Counted from the first letter of the whole stretch, positions 14,551 to 26,766 are shown. The stretch is DNA of 63,205 nucleotides, filler included, from Reticulomyxa filosa (GCA_000512085.1; 22 parts of 22 records of this genome joined end to end with filler, not necessarily neighbours in it); one strand, 5' to 3'. The notes: generated from the letters alone by a model not told the origin. Numbers and translations are program-made.

Positions 14551-16381
14551 TTTTTTTTTTTTTTTTTTTTAAACAAAATTTGGAGCGGAAAAAAACATAC
14601 AGTCGAAGTAAACACAATCATCGACTCTTGTGAGCTTCGAATTTCAAAGGCATACTCTGGCAACTTGTTGTGCTTCAAAGGGCAGTCTTTGCATTCGAAC
14701 CAAGGGTCGAAGGGAAGCAAGTTGCCCCACTTGAGATTGTCATTTTTCCCAACGTACGACACATACCCATACACGATACAGTCGCTAAATAAAAAGAATA
14801 TGCACTCCAGTTTGTCTGTCAGCAGCTTACCGATTTTGGTCAAAGGTGCTTCTCTGATGAACTTCTTTTTTTTTTTTTTTTTAAAAAAAAAAGAAGTATT
14901 ATAATAACATATATGTATACATATATGTATATGTATACATGCATATATGTATACATGCATATATGTATACATGCATATATGTGTATATGCATATATGTGT
15001 GATAAATATTATATATACCATATACATATATATATATATAATGTATACATTTATGTATACGTATACAAAAAAAAAAAACCTTGAAGGTGCAACCAAGGTC
15101 TTTTCTTCAGTAAACGATGTTCAATTTGTCGAACCATTTGACGACATTCAAAGTCTTTGATACGATCGTTTGCGATTTTGTTTTCCTTTCGAATATTTTC
15201 CAACGCCTTTTGTAAGTTGGTCCAATCCAAATGGCTGGGTTCGGTGTTTTTGAGAATTTGATCGAGGAGCAGTTCGTAGCGAGGTATTCTTTGGATTGGC
15301 AATATCAAGTAGCTTTCCAATGGGAGTTTGCGACTGCTCTGCTGACATTTGGTGAATAGAAACTCTTTGAATTTAGAGTTGGTCAATGTCAGCTGTTGGA
15401 TCGTCTGACTTGCCCGAGGATGGTTATTCAAATAATTTTGGTACATTTTGAAATAGGGGATGAATGACGATATTTCTGGTCCCAAAAAGCTGATTTCGTT
15501 ATCAAAGTCTCGCCAAATGTGTTCGAGATTGCATAGAAACACTCGGTTAAATTTTTCGATTGTCACTATGTCTCCTGGGAAGATTCGCTTCAATTCCACT
15601 TCCGATATTAGTTGTTGTTCCTGCAAGGGTCTCATCCAGTTGTCGATTAGTTCTCTCAATTGTAGCACGTATTTTTGTTCAGTTTCAACTTTTTTGTCAT
15701 GTCATCAAAAAAACGTTTTTAAAAAAAGTATACGTAAAAAAAAAAAAAATTACCCTCTCTTCCCCCCTCCCCCCCTCCCCCCTAACCTAACCTAACCTAA
15801 CCTAACCTAACCTAACCTAGTTCGGCAATGGCTCGCATTCGATTTCGTGCTCGCTTTTCCTTTTCACTGTCGATCGCCGCCACGTCTTGAGGGGCTTCTG
15901 GTGTGGTGGTCGATTGTGGCTGGGGAACTAAGATCGGTGCTGATACGAAATCCAGATCGTTGGTTAGCACCGTCCCTTCGCTGTCATTCCACGACTGCGG
16001 TGGAGGTAATCCACTCGACTCACTCACTTGCGAAGGGAAACTTGACATCATTGACCCCAACTCCTGCGGAGGGGAGGAAGAGTTTGCTGCAATGTTCCCA
16101 TTATTGTTATTGTCATTGCTATTGCTATTGCTATTGCCATTATCATTGTTATTATTACTGTTGTCATTATTGTTATCACTGCTCCTGTTGTCTCGATCCA
16201 CATCTGCACGCTTCTCGCCTGCATCGTCTTCCAACACTATCGTCGATTTGTGCAAACATTCTCTTGCTTTCGGTGCAACAGTTGTCTCTGCTTCACAAGG
16301 ACCCGGAGACTCTTCCTCCGGAGGAGGCAAACCCACACTTTTTTCTATATTTACAGTCGATTGGTCGCTGGCCAAGGACAT
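14551..16381 (-). CDS. Rho guanine nucleotide exchange factor (DH-PH), 3' partial
   Basis: RMRAIAEL|[42 protein letters not shown] (DH); [27 protein letters not shown] (PH). Intron 15689-15816. Homopolymer frameshifts near 15113 and 14863. Confidence 0.92.
15781..15820 (-). repeat. (TTAGG)7 telomere-like tandem repeat at an intron 5' end
   Basis: (CCTAA)x7 followed by CCTAG on the + strand. Confidence 0.95.
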
Positions 16382-16718
16382 TCCAGCTTGTTTTTCCTGC
16401 TTTGAGCTGCTTCTTCCAACAATGTTGGAAATTCTGGGATGCGTTAGATTCACATCAATTTTTTGTTCTTACTCACCACAAATCTAATATACAGAAAAAG
16501 TACTGCAGACAAAAACGCCAAGATTTTTGTTTGCTATGGAAAAAGAGACTTACAAACTAACTTTTTTCCTAGAGTACCGAAAGTTTTTTTTCGAAATTTT
16601 GAAACATATGGGGCTCTTTTTTAGTTTTTTAACTTTAAGATATTTCATTTTCCATTTTTTTTTTTATTTAGAACAACAAAGAGAGAGAGAGAAGAGAGAA
16701 AAAAATGATGCCAAAAGA

Positions 16719-16959
16719 ATGAAACCACAAAATGGCTTCTATCGATTCAAAGTAGTTAAAATGTTGGCAAACACCTTGCAAGGAAGGATATATCTAGCAC
16801 AAGATAGAAAAGGGCAGTATCCGTGGATAGTGATTAAAGAAACATGGCGAGAGCTTGTGAGACAGGGGAAATCCCGTGATGGAAGTAAAGTTCCAGAAAA
16901 CTTTGAAAATGAAAAAGAGATTCAATTGTATCTGTCCACTTTGCCGCAACAAAACGAGG
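16719..16959 (+). CDS. Ser/Thr protein kinase, first exon (N-lobe), divergent from the RhoGEF
   Basis: YRFKVVKMLANTLQGRIYLA..WIVIKE..ENFENEKEI matches subdomains I-III, followed by GTAATT donor and the contig end. Confidence 0.7.
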
Positions 16960-17085
16960 GTAATTGGAAAAAAAAAAAAAAAAAANNNNNNNNNNNNNNN
17001 NNNNNNNNNNNNNNNNNNNNNNNNNNNNNTTAATTAATTAANNNNNNNNNNNNNNNNNNNNNNNNNNNNNNNNNNNNNNNNNNNN

Positions 17086-17195
17086 TAAAAATGAAAATAA
17101 ATTAAAACATTTGAAAATAAAATTATTTTATGCGGCACTGAAGTGCCGCATAATATATTTTGATTTTCAAATGTTTTAATTTATTTTCATTTTTA
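17086..17195. repeat. Long near-perfect inverted repeat (54-bp arms) with TTATGCGGCACT-GA-AGTGCCGCATAA core
   Basis: Outer 33 bp and inner 12 bp are perfectly complementary. Confidence 0.92.
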
Positions 17196-18374
17196 AATAA
17201 AAACAATAACAACATATTTTTTTAGCTTTTTTTGTATATTTTTAAAAAATTGTAAAAATAATCAATTTGGATTTTACTTTTTTTTATGAAAATTTATTTG
17301 TTGAGCAATGTTAATAGAAATTATTTTGGAAATTATCAATTTGTGACATAGCAAAATTAACGAACTTTTTCCCCTTTTTTGCGAATATAAAGTTGAAAAT
17401 AAAATGATAACAGTCAATGTTTTTTTTTCGCTTTTCCCTTCTTTTTTTTTTTAACTTTAGTTGACTACATTTTTTTTTATTGATTGCATTCACTTGTTAT
17501 TATCATCTGATCGCGTAACTTGTATGAAAACTTGTAGTAGAATTTGTGTAGTGGTATTTCTTCCCTCATTCTTAGTCTTTTTTTTTATTGATTTACCTAT
17601 TTGCCTTTTTTTTACATAGTTTTTACTTTGGAATTAAAGTTTCTTTTTTGACTCTTTTTGTTTCATTTTATCGCTGCTACCTTTTCTCCACTATTCACAT
17701 CTTGTGTGTGTATTGTTATTAGTTTATGATTGCTCATTCTTAAGTCGTTTTTTTTAAAAAATAGCTTTTTCAATACTTTTATCCTCTTTCATAGTATCAA
17801 GACTTTTTTAATTGGAAAGCTTCAAATCATTATGAAATTTTATGTCTTAGAAGATATTATCGAACTTCTCGAAAAGTTTTCGTATGGTAGGGATCTTTTT
17901 TAACAAGAATAAGTTAATGATGATAGCAAATTAAATCTTATTAAGATAAGTTCAGTACAAAAAATGCTTTGCACAAAGATTTTTCGTTCTCCCTTATTGA
18001 TATGATAAAATTTTTTTTAATCAAAAAAATAAATACTTATAATTGTGACATTAAAATTTCTGTACAAAACTAGTGAATGAAAAACACAAACAATTGCCTT
18101 CCCGGTTCTGATTATTAAATTAAAGTGTGCTGAAAGCGCACTAAAAAATGCGATAATCATATTCTTAAGTTAACAAAAGTGATGCTGGAGGTGACCATAT
18201 GATACTTTTTCTAAAAGGAAAAATTACATTTTTGAAAAATTTCTATTTTATGTGTTCTATTGGCAATGAGTACANNNNNNNNNNNNNNNNNNNNNNNNNN
18301 NNNNNNNNNNNNNNNNNNTTAATTAATTAANNNNNNNNNNNNNNNNNNNNNNNNNNNNNNNNNNNNNNNNNNNN

Positions 18375-19908
18375 CTATTTCTGTAGTTGAAACAGGCTGA
18401 TCAGTTTGGGCATTATTTTGAGCATGTTCAACAGGAAATAGTTGCAATTGAAATTGTGGTTGATGTTCCTCTTCGTCTTCTGTTGGCGTAGCAGAAGAAG
18501 CCAAAAAGGAGAGCCTTTCCAAATCTTTTTTAGATTTTGAATGCTCCACGTGATGAGCATTCGTAACTTTTAACAAGTGAGGAGAAATAGTACGTGAAAG
18601 AATAAGTTCATCATTTTTATTGTCATTATTGTTATTGTTATCATTATCATTATCATTATCATTATCATAGTCATTATCGGCGGTGATTATTATTTGTTTT
18701 CTCTTAATAATTTTGACCGACTATATTCGAAAAAATAAAATAACATAAAATAGTATACAATATTATAAATATAAAAAAATATAACTTACCACTTGACCAT
18801 GTGCAATGACCCATAATGCTCGTAAAGCAGTATCTGGTCCCATAATTAAATCATCTTTTCGATAATAACGAATGGTCGATAATTTGGATAACAAATCAAA
18901 TTGATTCAAAGGAACAGCTCGAAATAAAGGAATACGCCAACGTCTTAAAGATTGTGCGATACGTTGATGTGCGGCAGATTGTAATTGATCAACAACTGCT
19001 CTATCATATGGTGCATATTTTTGAAATTCGTTTTTGGTTAATTCTAATAACAACGTATCTTCACAAGCTTGTATAGTTCCAGTTCGTGGCATATTTACAA
19101 TTAATGACACCTCACCAAAAAAGTCTCCATTTTTAAATTCATATACAACACGACTTGTTATTGTTAATGTTGGTGCTGTTGTTATTGCTCCTGCCATTTC
19201 ATTTGTTTTTTTTTCTTCTTCTTCTTCTTCTTCTTCTTTATTTTCATTTATCATATCTTTTTGTTTTTCTTCATTTTCTCCTAATTCATCCTGCTTCTCT
19301 TCTTCTATCTTTGCAATCACTTTAACACATCCAATTGCTACTAAATAAAATGTATTACCATATTCTCCTTCTTCAAATAATGTTTCATCCTTTTTCAAAA
19401 TTTTCCATTTAAACATATTTGCCAATAATATCGACCGATCGTCACTTATACCTTTAAATACATTCATTTTACATAAATATGAATCCAATGGAATTACACG
19501 ACATTCACGAAATGTCTCTTGGGCCAATTCATTCGATCTCCAAAAACGTGATAATTTATCAAATGTCAATTCATATGTTTGTGTATCCACTATTGCGGTC
19601 ACTGAATAACTCACTTTTGTAAATTTACCATTCAATGCTTCATATCCTATGCATTGACCTTTTTCTTTTTGAATTACTATTGACCTCTTCTTTTCCAAGT
19701 TATGTACAAGTCTCACTTCTCCTGATGCTATTATTGTAAATCTTACATCCTCTGTTCCTTCTTTCCATATCTCTCTGTTCGCTGGATAGTAACGTCTTTC
19801 AAACTCGTGTGCCAACGATTCCAACGAAGCACTATCTATTTTAAAAAACGGTGTACAGGTTAAAAACGTCAATAAATCTTCTGGAACACTTCTACAACAA
19901 TTGCCCAT
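18375..19908 (-). CDS. Cyclic-nucleotide-binding domain protein (three tandem cNMP domains), N-terminal MGNCC acylation motif, 3' partial
   Basis: LFEEGEYGNTFYLVAIGCVKV..GDFFGEVSLIVNMPRTGTIQA in domain 2, related domains before and after, GTAAGT donor near 18789, downstream exon to contig end. Confidence 0.88.
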
Positions 19909-21328
19909 TACGTCTTTTCTTTCAGCTGGTTCGAGTGCCAAACTTTCACAAAAAGTGTCTTTCTCCTTTTATTTTAAACTAAAAAAAAACCAACTTGACA
20001 GAAAAACAATTTTAATTTTTCTGATTCACTTTGCGTTATACATGTACACAATTGCACACATCGCAAAAAAATTGAATATCTTGACCTTTAAACTTTAATG
20101 CATTTGTTCATTTCAAATTTTGCGTTACTTTCGCTTTGCAAAAAAAGCATCTTCCGCAAAACATTGTTGTGATCACAAGAAATAGTTACTCTTCGTGCAC
20201 AGATGTTTTTCTTCAAACAATATTCAAAAGCAGTTAAATAAATAGAAAAAAGGTATTGAATTTGCTTGGATGATTGGTTATTGAGCTATGATTATCATAC
20301 AACCAACATTAAAAAAAATCTTTCTGGTTAGTTCGGTCAATACGCCAACTGGAATTCCTTTCAAATTTTGTATTTGTTGGTGCAAAACATGTCATTGGCA
20401 AATTTTTTTTTACTTTGATAAATTGTTTCGTAAAAGGAACTTTTCTGTTTTGTTTGCCAGGGTCTTTTTTTTTTTGTTAATTCTTTAAGTTGTTTGTTCT
20501 TTTAATTGTTTTGAAGAGTTCATAGAGAGTGAAGGCCTTGTGTGAGGTACTTCTTCCTCTTTTTTATGTCCAGTTGTGTCCGTAGTTTGAAGTTGAGTGA
20601 CAGACTAAAGAGGAGTTGTTGTTTTGGTTTTTTTTCTTTGATGACATGCCTGCTGAGTTCACAAAAGATCTGTGGTTGCTTTTAAAAAAGCAATATGAGC
20701 AAAAATTTATTTTTTTTTTAAGAATAAATTTTCACATTGCGCATGGTCAGGTGATGCTAAAAAACAATTTGAAATTGTTTGGCCAGAAACCACCTGGAGC
20801 TTGTAGTCAATGTGGGGATATCAAATTTTTATCTGATCCATTTTTTTTTCTTTGTCATTGTTATTTTTTATTTTTTTATTGTCAAACATTTTGCTTTTTG
20901 TTTTAATAGATCGCAAATCCGAAACAGCGGAACGAAATTCGAAAATGAATAATTTTTTTTTTGCGACAATGTTTTGTCTAATCTTTTTTTAAAGGAATTT
21001 CCAATGAAATTTAAATTTTTAAAGTGCAAAATTCTTTCGAACTTTCGCATATTTTTTTAAATTTGTGAATAAAAAAGAACAATTACTAATTTGTTATGTC
21101 AGTAAATCTAAGGACCCCATTTCATTATTGTATCTAGCGTTGTGATTTCAATTCGAACTTCGATTATGTCAAAACAAGCGAAATTAGACAAGAAGGGAAA
21201 CCAAAAATGCTTTGTTTTAACCGTTCAGTGGCTCACTTTAGCTTTTTTTCTTTTGAATGGGGGAAAGAATAATAGCAATTTTCTAAAGAAGGGAAAGTCA
21301 GTTTCGAAACTCGAAGTGACATAAAAAA

Positions 21329-21627
21329 GATTTTGAAAGCAGAAAAGACTTGAGAAAGAGTCGAATATTTACCATTGACCCCACCAATTCCAAAGACTTT
21401 GATGATGCATTGTCAACTGAAACAATTGATACCAATAAACATCGGATTGGTGTGCACATTGCGGATGTTTCCCATTTTGTTCGTCCTGGAACTCTTGTGG
21501 ATGCTGAGGCGAGAAATCGTGCTACAAGTGTATATCTAGTGGATCGGGTGCTGCATATGCTGCCCACTCACTTGTCTACCGATTTGTGCAGCTTGAATCC
21601 GGATGCAGATCGATTGACATTCTCTCG
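21329..21627 (+). CDS. RNB (RNase II/R) domain fragment, DIS3L2/RRP44-like
   Basis: [63 protein letters not shown]. Confidence 0.9.
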
Positions 21628-22187
21628 TTACATTCCCTTCTTTTTTGTGCTCTTATTTGATCGATATCCCATTGATTTTTTTGTNNNNNNNNNNNNNNNN
21701 NNNNNNNNNNNNNNNNNNNNNNNNNNNNTTAATTAATTAANNNNNNNNNNNNNNNNNNNNNNNNNNNNNNNNNNNNNNNNNNNNTTTTCCTTTCGCATCG
21801 ATGCCTAATTATTTTTTCAAATTTTAGGCATTCGTGGAAAATCCAAAAGTGTTCGGTGTAAAATGTTTTGGAAAGTAGGAAAAAATTTAATTTTTTTTAA
21901 ATTTCAGGAACAATGAAAATCATTTGAACGCGTTTTCTTGTTTTATTGTCTTTTTTTTTATTAGGAAATTAAAAAGTTTGGGTCTGATGTGTGCAAGGCA
22001 ACCAAATAAAAAAGAACTATTGCAAGAATTGTTTAAATGAGAAAGGATGTTCCTTCTTGACATTATAATTGCAAGAAGAAGGACGATTGGAAGCGTGTTC
22101 ATTGCCAAAAAGGTGTTGCATCAAAACACAACAACAAAACCAAGTTCACGTCCCTCCCTCCTCTAAAATAAAGCATAAATCCAAAAT

Positions 22188-23918
22188 TTAAGGCACTGTC
22201 AAAATTCGAATCAGATTAGCAAAGCCGGTGTTTAATTTATCGGCATGTACAGCCACAATGTATCCACCAGTTTTGGCCCATTGTCTTTTTTTGGCATAAG
22301 AAATGGCAAGTTCAATCCGGTCATCAGCACTTTGCTTGCCTTGCTTATCATCATAACCAATGGGGTACACTCCGGCTGTAATGGCTAACTGTCTCAAAGT
22401 GTGAGAATAAGTATTGCCCACCACAGCAATTACCGGGCAAGGCGGGCGAAACTTGGCAACCAAACGAGCCGTGGTACCAGAGTTGGTCAGCACGATCATG
22501 GTTTGGCTTTGTTGTTCAAAACTATTCAAAAAAAAAAATACAACCAAATATAAAAGAGCATTACATATACATATACATATACATATCAATACATATATAT
22601 ATATATATATATAAAAGTATATGTTATACAATACCAGGATTGAACAGCACTTAGAGCAACAGTATCAGGAATGCCCAAAGGTTTTTTGAGAGATTGGCTG
22701 ACCTGGAGGAAGTACTCATACGAGTTTCTGGCCGTTTCGGCTTCACGACAAATGTTGGCCATCATGGTGACAGCTTCGATAGGATATTTGCCTTTTGCAC
22801 TTTCGGCGCTGAGCATGACACAGTCGGCGCCATCCAACACGGCATTGGCAACATCGCTAACCTCAGCTCGCGTGGGTCTGGGATTGGTGATCATGGATTC
22901 CAGCATTTGTGTGGCCACAATGACAGGTTTGCCTTTCATATTGCATTTACTGACCATCATTTTTTGAGCCAGAAACACTTTTTGCACAGGGATCTCAATG
23001 CCCAAGTCTCCACGTGCGACCATCACACCATCGGCCACGTCCAAGATTTTGTCAAAGTGTTGCATGCCTTGGTGGTTTTCAATCTTTGCAATGATCATGA
23101 TGCGCCCTCCAACCTCTTTGTCATGGCTCACCAATTCCTTACGTATACCGATCACGTCTTCCGCAGAACGTATAAACGACGCGAATATCATGTCCACTTT
23201 TTGCTTCACGCCAAAGGCCAAGTCTTTGCGGTCTTGTTCACTAAGTGCCGGCAAGTCGACGGGAACATTGGGTAGATTGACCCTTTGTGGTTGGACACGG
23301 CACCAGAATTTTCCACAATCGTGTCCAAATAATCACTGCCAACTTCCGTCACGCGCAAGCTTACCAACCCATCATCCACATACACAACGTCACCTTTTTC
23401 ACCACATTTGTAATGTTCTTGTAATCCACGTAAAACTGCTCTGCTGTCCCCTTGTTCATGTATTGATCATTGGTCGTCACTCGCACTTTCTTACCCAATT
23501 CCAATACATACACTTTATCGTTTTCAAAGTTGCCTGTGCGAATTTCCGGACCCTTTGTATCCAGTGCAATGCAAATCTCGATACCCAATTTATGTGCTGC
23601 TGCTCGGGCGTTCTCCGCTGTCGTGGCGTGGTACTGGTGCGTCCCATGACTAAAGTTCATTCGCACCACGTTCATCCCTACTTCTATCAGCTTCTGCATC
23701 ATCTCCACTGATTGCGATGCAGGACCAATCGTACATATTATACCCGTTCTTCGCGTTTTGTGCGCCGTGTTGTAAATGTCGAGCTGGCTGTTGTGGATCA
23801 ATTGGGTGGCCCCCAAATCGTAAGGAGAAACATTATCTTCCACCTGCTCTTTGCTCTCCAAATTCTCTTTCAAATTCCACGTCGTTTGGACATGTGAACC
23901 CAACAAAACATTCTTCAT
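22188..23918 (-). CDS. PYK: Pyruvate kinase (intron 22522-22634; two 1-nt homopolymer deficits near 23397 and 23282)
   Basis: [91 protein letters not shown]. Confidence 0.96.
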
Positions 23919-24039
23919 GTCTACTGAAATTGTCCAAGATTAGAACACTAAGTTTTTTTTTTCTCTTTTTTTCCCTCCCCCCCCCCTTCTTCTTACCACT
24001 TTTTTGAAAAATACTTTGCTTGTGAAACTGGTGGAAAAG

Positions 24040-24410
24040 TCTTTGTATGTCGCAAGTGAAAGAGAAGTATCGAAGGGGAAATATACGGCATTTTACAAAT
24101 CGATCAGCAACGATTGGGAAGAACACTTAGCATTGAAACATTTTAGCGTTCGTGGCCAGTTGGAATTTTCCGGATTGTTACTTGTGCCAAAGAAGGCACA
24201 ATCTGTTTGAACCAACGAAGACAAAGAATAACATTAAACTCTTCGTTCGAATAGTTTTTATTATTTATAATTGCAAGGATCTTTGCCCTGAATATCTGTC
24301 GTTTATTCGTAGTGTATTGGACAGCGAAGATTTGTCATTGAACCTTAGAAGATAATCATTGCAGTAAAATAAGATATTGAATGTCATTCAGAATTTGGAT
24401 TTACCATTGA
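24040..24410 (+). pseudogene. HSP90: Hsp90 middle-domain pseudogene fragment
   Basis: [26 protein letters not shown], then frameshift, [33 protein letters not shown] with in-frame stops. Confidence 0.88.
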
Positions 24411-24969
24411 CAGAAGAAGTTAGTTTTTTTTAAAGTATACTTTAAAAAAAAAAGTTAAGTATAATTTGTTTTTGTACGTGTTTATAGAAACAAGAAGATG
24501 AAAAAGCGCTGATAATGAGAAAAAGTCATTGTCAACTATCGAATTGTTGACTCATTGCTGTAAAAAGGAAACAAAGAAATTTACAACACTTTTTTATTTA
24601 GTTTTATGTTAAATTTGATTATTTTTGAAATTGTAATACCTTCTGGCATCGATTCGGCAAGATATCATAATATTTTCATCGGTATTTAGTTCAGTAAAAA
24701 TACAGTATAAAAAAGAAAGTTGACACATAAAATGCCACCTTATAGAGATGTGTTTCTCCATNNNNNNNNNNNNNNNNNNNNNNNNNNNNNNNNNNNNNNN
24801 NNNNNTTAATTAATTAANNNNNNNNNNNNNNNNNNNNNNNNNNNNNNNNNNNNNNNNNNNNTTATATCTAACATATTCAAAAAAAAAAAAAAAAAGTATA
24901 CGTATAATCCGTGAGCCTTGATATGGTACATACACATATACATGTATGTACCATGTATGCTATGTGATG

Positions 24970-26766
24970 TTACAAAACAAATTGGTTGGAATGGGAATAG
25001 GTGTTTGAATCTTCCATCTCCAACATGAAAAACTCGGCAATACTCATTTCTTGGGATCCTCGTTTTGTGTTGGCGGCTGCGTCATAACTGTTCAAATTGG
25101 AGTGGTTAGAGCGTGCGATTTTCCCTTCATCATGCGCAGTAGCGCTGGTCGAGCCGTTGCCAATGCGGTATTCAATTCCGTCAGTTTGTGTGCTGTATGC
25201 GTCGGATGACGAGGACGAAGAGGCTGCATCCACTGTTTTTGTCTGCGAGGAAGCGTAGTCGCTGCGAACGCTGTTTTGGCGACTGCGCATCTTGTTCTTG
25301 CGTAGTTGCTCTTGCAAAGCGCTCGATCTCGTGCCTCGGCGGGTGTAATAGTGCGTTGGGCTGCGCTTGTTCGCACCAGAGTGTGCGTTGCTCACTACCA
25401 CAATGCCGCTGGCTTGTCCACTGCTTTGGCGTTTTTTCGACAATGCGATGATCGGTGAAGAATTGGGATCACTATCTGTATTGGGTGTCTCTTTTTCATT
25501 ATTATTATTATTATTATCATTACTATTATTGTCATTATTATTATTATTATTATTATTCTCATTACCATTGTCATTGTTATTGTTATGTTCATTGTCGTCG
25601 TCAATGTCATTGTCATTATCATTGTCGTTATCATAGCCATGGACGTATTCATTGTCGTGTTCATTGGTGTTGTCTTCCCCGTGATTGTAGCTGTAGTAGC
25701 CAAAGCCATAGCCATTGGTAACATAAGGTGTGCGTGTAAAGTTTTCCGAGGGTGTGACTTCCGTCGTCGTCGTCGCTGCTGTCACTGTTGTCGCTGTTGT
25801 CGCTGTTGTCGCGAGACGATTGTGCATTTGTGCAGAAGTCGCTTTTGTGTCTTTCGTTTTTTCGACCGACGTATACTGATACTGATGATACTGGTACTGG
25901 TATTGGTTCGACGATGTCTGCCGAGTGTTGCCAGCAGTTGCATTGCCAGGTCGCGATGTCGACGTGTCTCCAGATAAAGAAGTGGAATGATCATAGCCAT
26001 TGCCACTGTGTACAGTTTGGTGGCCATAGCTATGATTATGGTTGTGATGGTTATGGTTATGACTATGGCCATGATGGTTATGAGCATGGTTGTGGTTGTG
26101 GTTGTGGTTGTGGCTATGATGACGACGAGGATGAGGGTAATTATGACTGTTCACACGACTCGACAGGGTGTCTTCGCCTTCGGTCTTAGTGCCTTTTTTC
26201 GTATTCGTTTGTACTTGCGGCTGTGATTGTGATTGTGCCAGGGTATGTGTTTTCTGATTGCGGCTTTGGGAGGTGGAGGAATAAGGAAGAGCCCGGAAAT
26301 CCCCTGGTCGTGGAGAAAAATTGTTGTCCAGTTTTTGATTGTCCACCTTGTAGTTCGAATATGGAAATGACGAAGTTGGATAGTTATTATTATTATTATT
26401 ATTATTATTATTGTTGTTACTATTATCCAAGTAGCTCACGTCCTGGATACGACCCATTGCCGCTGCACTATGAAACCTCCTCAAACTCGAATATCCTTTA
26501 TTATGCTGGTGCTGATGACCGCTTGAACCGACTTGTCTGCTATTGCTATGGGCAAATGCACTTGGACGATTACTTGCTAGTTGCTGCTGCGAGTAGTTAC
26601 GCTGCACTGGCTTCTTTCTTCGCTGGGGTCTTCTTTGACCCACCTGCTCTATCACCTCGTCCATTTCCTGCTCATCGTCACTGGGAATGACTGATAGCCC
26701 GACACCATATGACAAATCCGGCTCAGGTGAATCATCAAACGCTTGTCTGTAACTTCGAGAGGCCAT
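24970..26766 (-). CDS. Low-complexity (N/H/S/T-rich) hypothetical protein, about 600 aa
   Basis: 1.8-kb uninterrupted, GC-elevated ORF from ATG MASRSYRQ. No recognisable domain. May be spliced onward. Confidence 0.7.
   Translation of the reverse strand: MASRSYRQAFDDSPEPDLSYGVGLSVIPSDDEQEMDEVIEQVGQRRPQRRKKPVQRNYSQQQLASNRPSAFAHSNSRQVGSSGHQHQHNKGYSSLRRFHSAAAMGRIQDVSYLDNSNNNNNNNNNNNNYPTSSFPYSNYKVDNQKLDNNFSPRPGDFRALPYSSTSQSRNQKTHTLAQSQSQPQVQTNTKKGTKTEGEDTLSSRVNSHNYPHPRRHHSHNHNHNHNHAHNHHGHSHNHNHHNHNHSYGHQTVHSGNGYDHSTSLSGDTSTSRPGNATAGNTRQTSSNQYQYQYHQYQYTSVEKTKDTKATSAQMHNRLATTATTATTVTAATTTTEVTPSENFTRTPYVTNGYGFGYYSYNHGEDNTNEHDNEYVHGYDNDNDNDNDIDDDNEHNNNNDNGNENNNNNNNNDNNSNDNNNNNNEKETPNTDSDPNSSPIIALSKKRQSSGQASGIVVVSNAHSGANKRSPTHYYTRRGTRSSALQEQLRKNKMRSRQNSVRSDYASSQTKTVDAASSSSSSDAYSTQTDGIEYRIGNGSTSATAHDEGKIARSNHSNLNSYDAAANTKRGSQEMSIAEFFMLEMEDSNTYSHSNQFVL

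Noticed and set aside
14910-15060. (TATG/CATA)n and (TA)n arrays as a distinct element
   Set aside because: Ordinary intronic microsatellites present in many genes here.
22671-23897. Long + strand ORFs overlapping pyruvate kinase
   Set aside because: Antisense shadows of a GC-rich gene. The same applies to those over the ABCA, RhoGEF, CAP and 606-aa ORFs.
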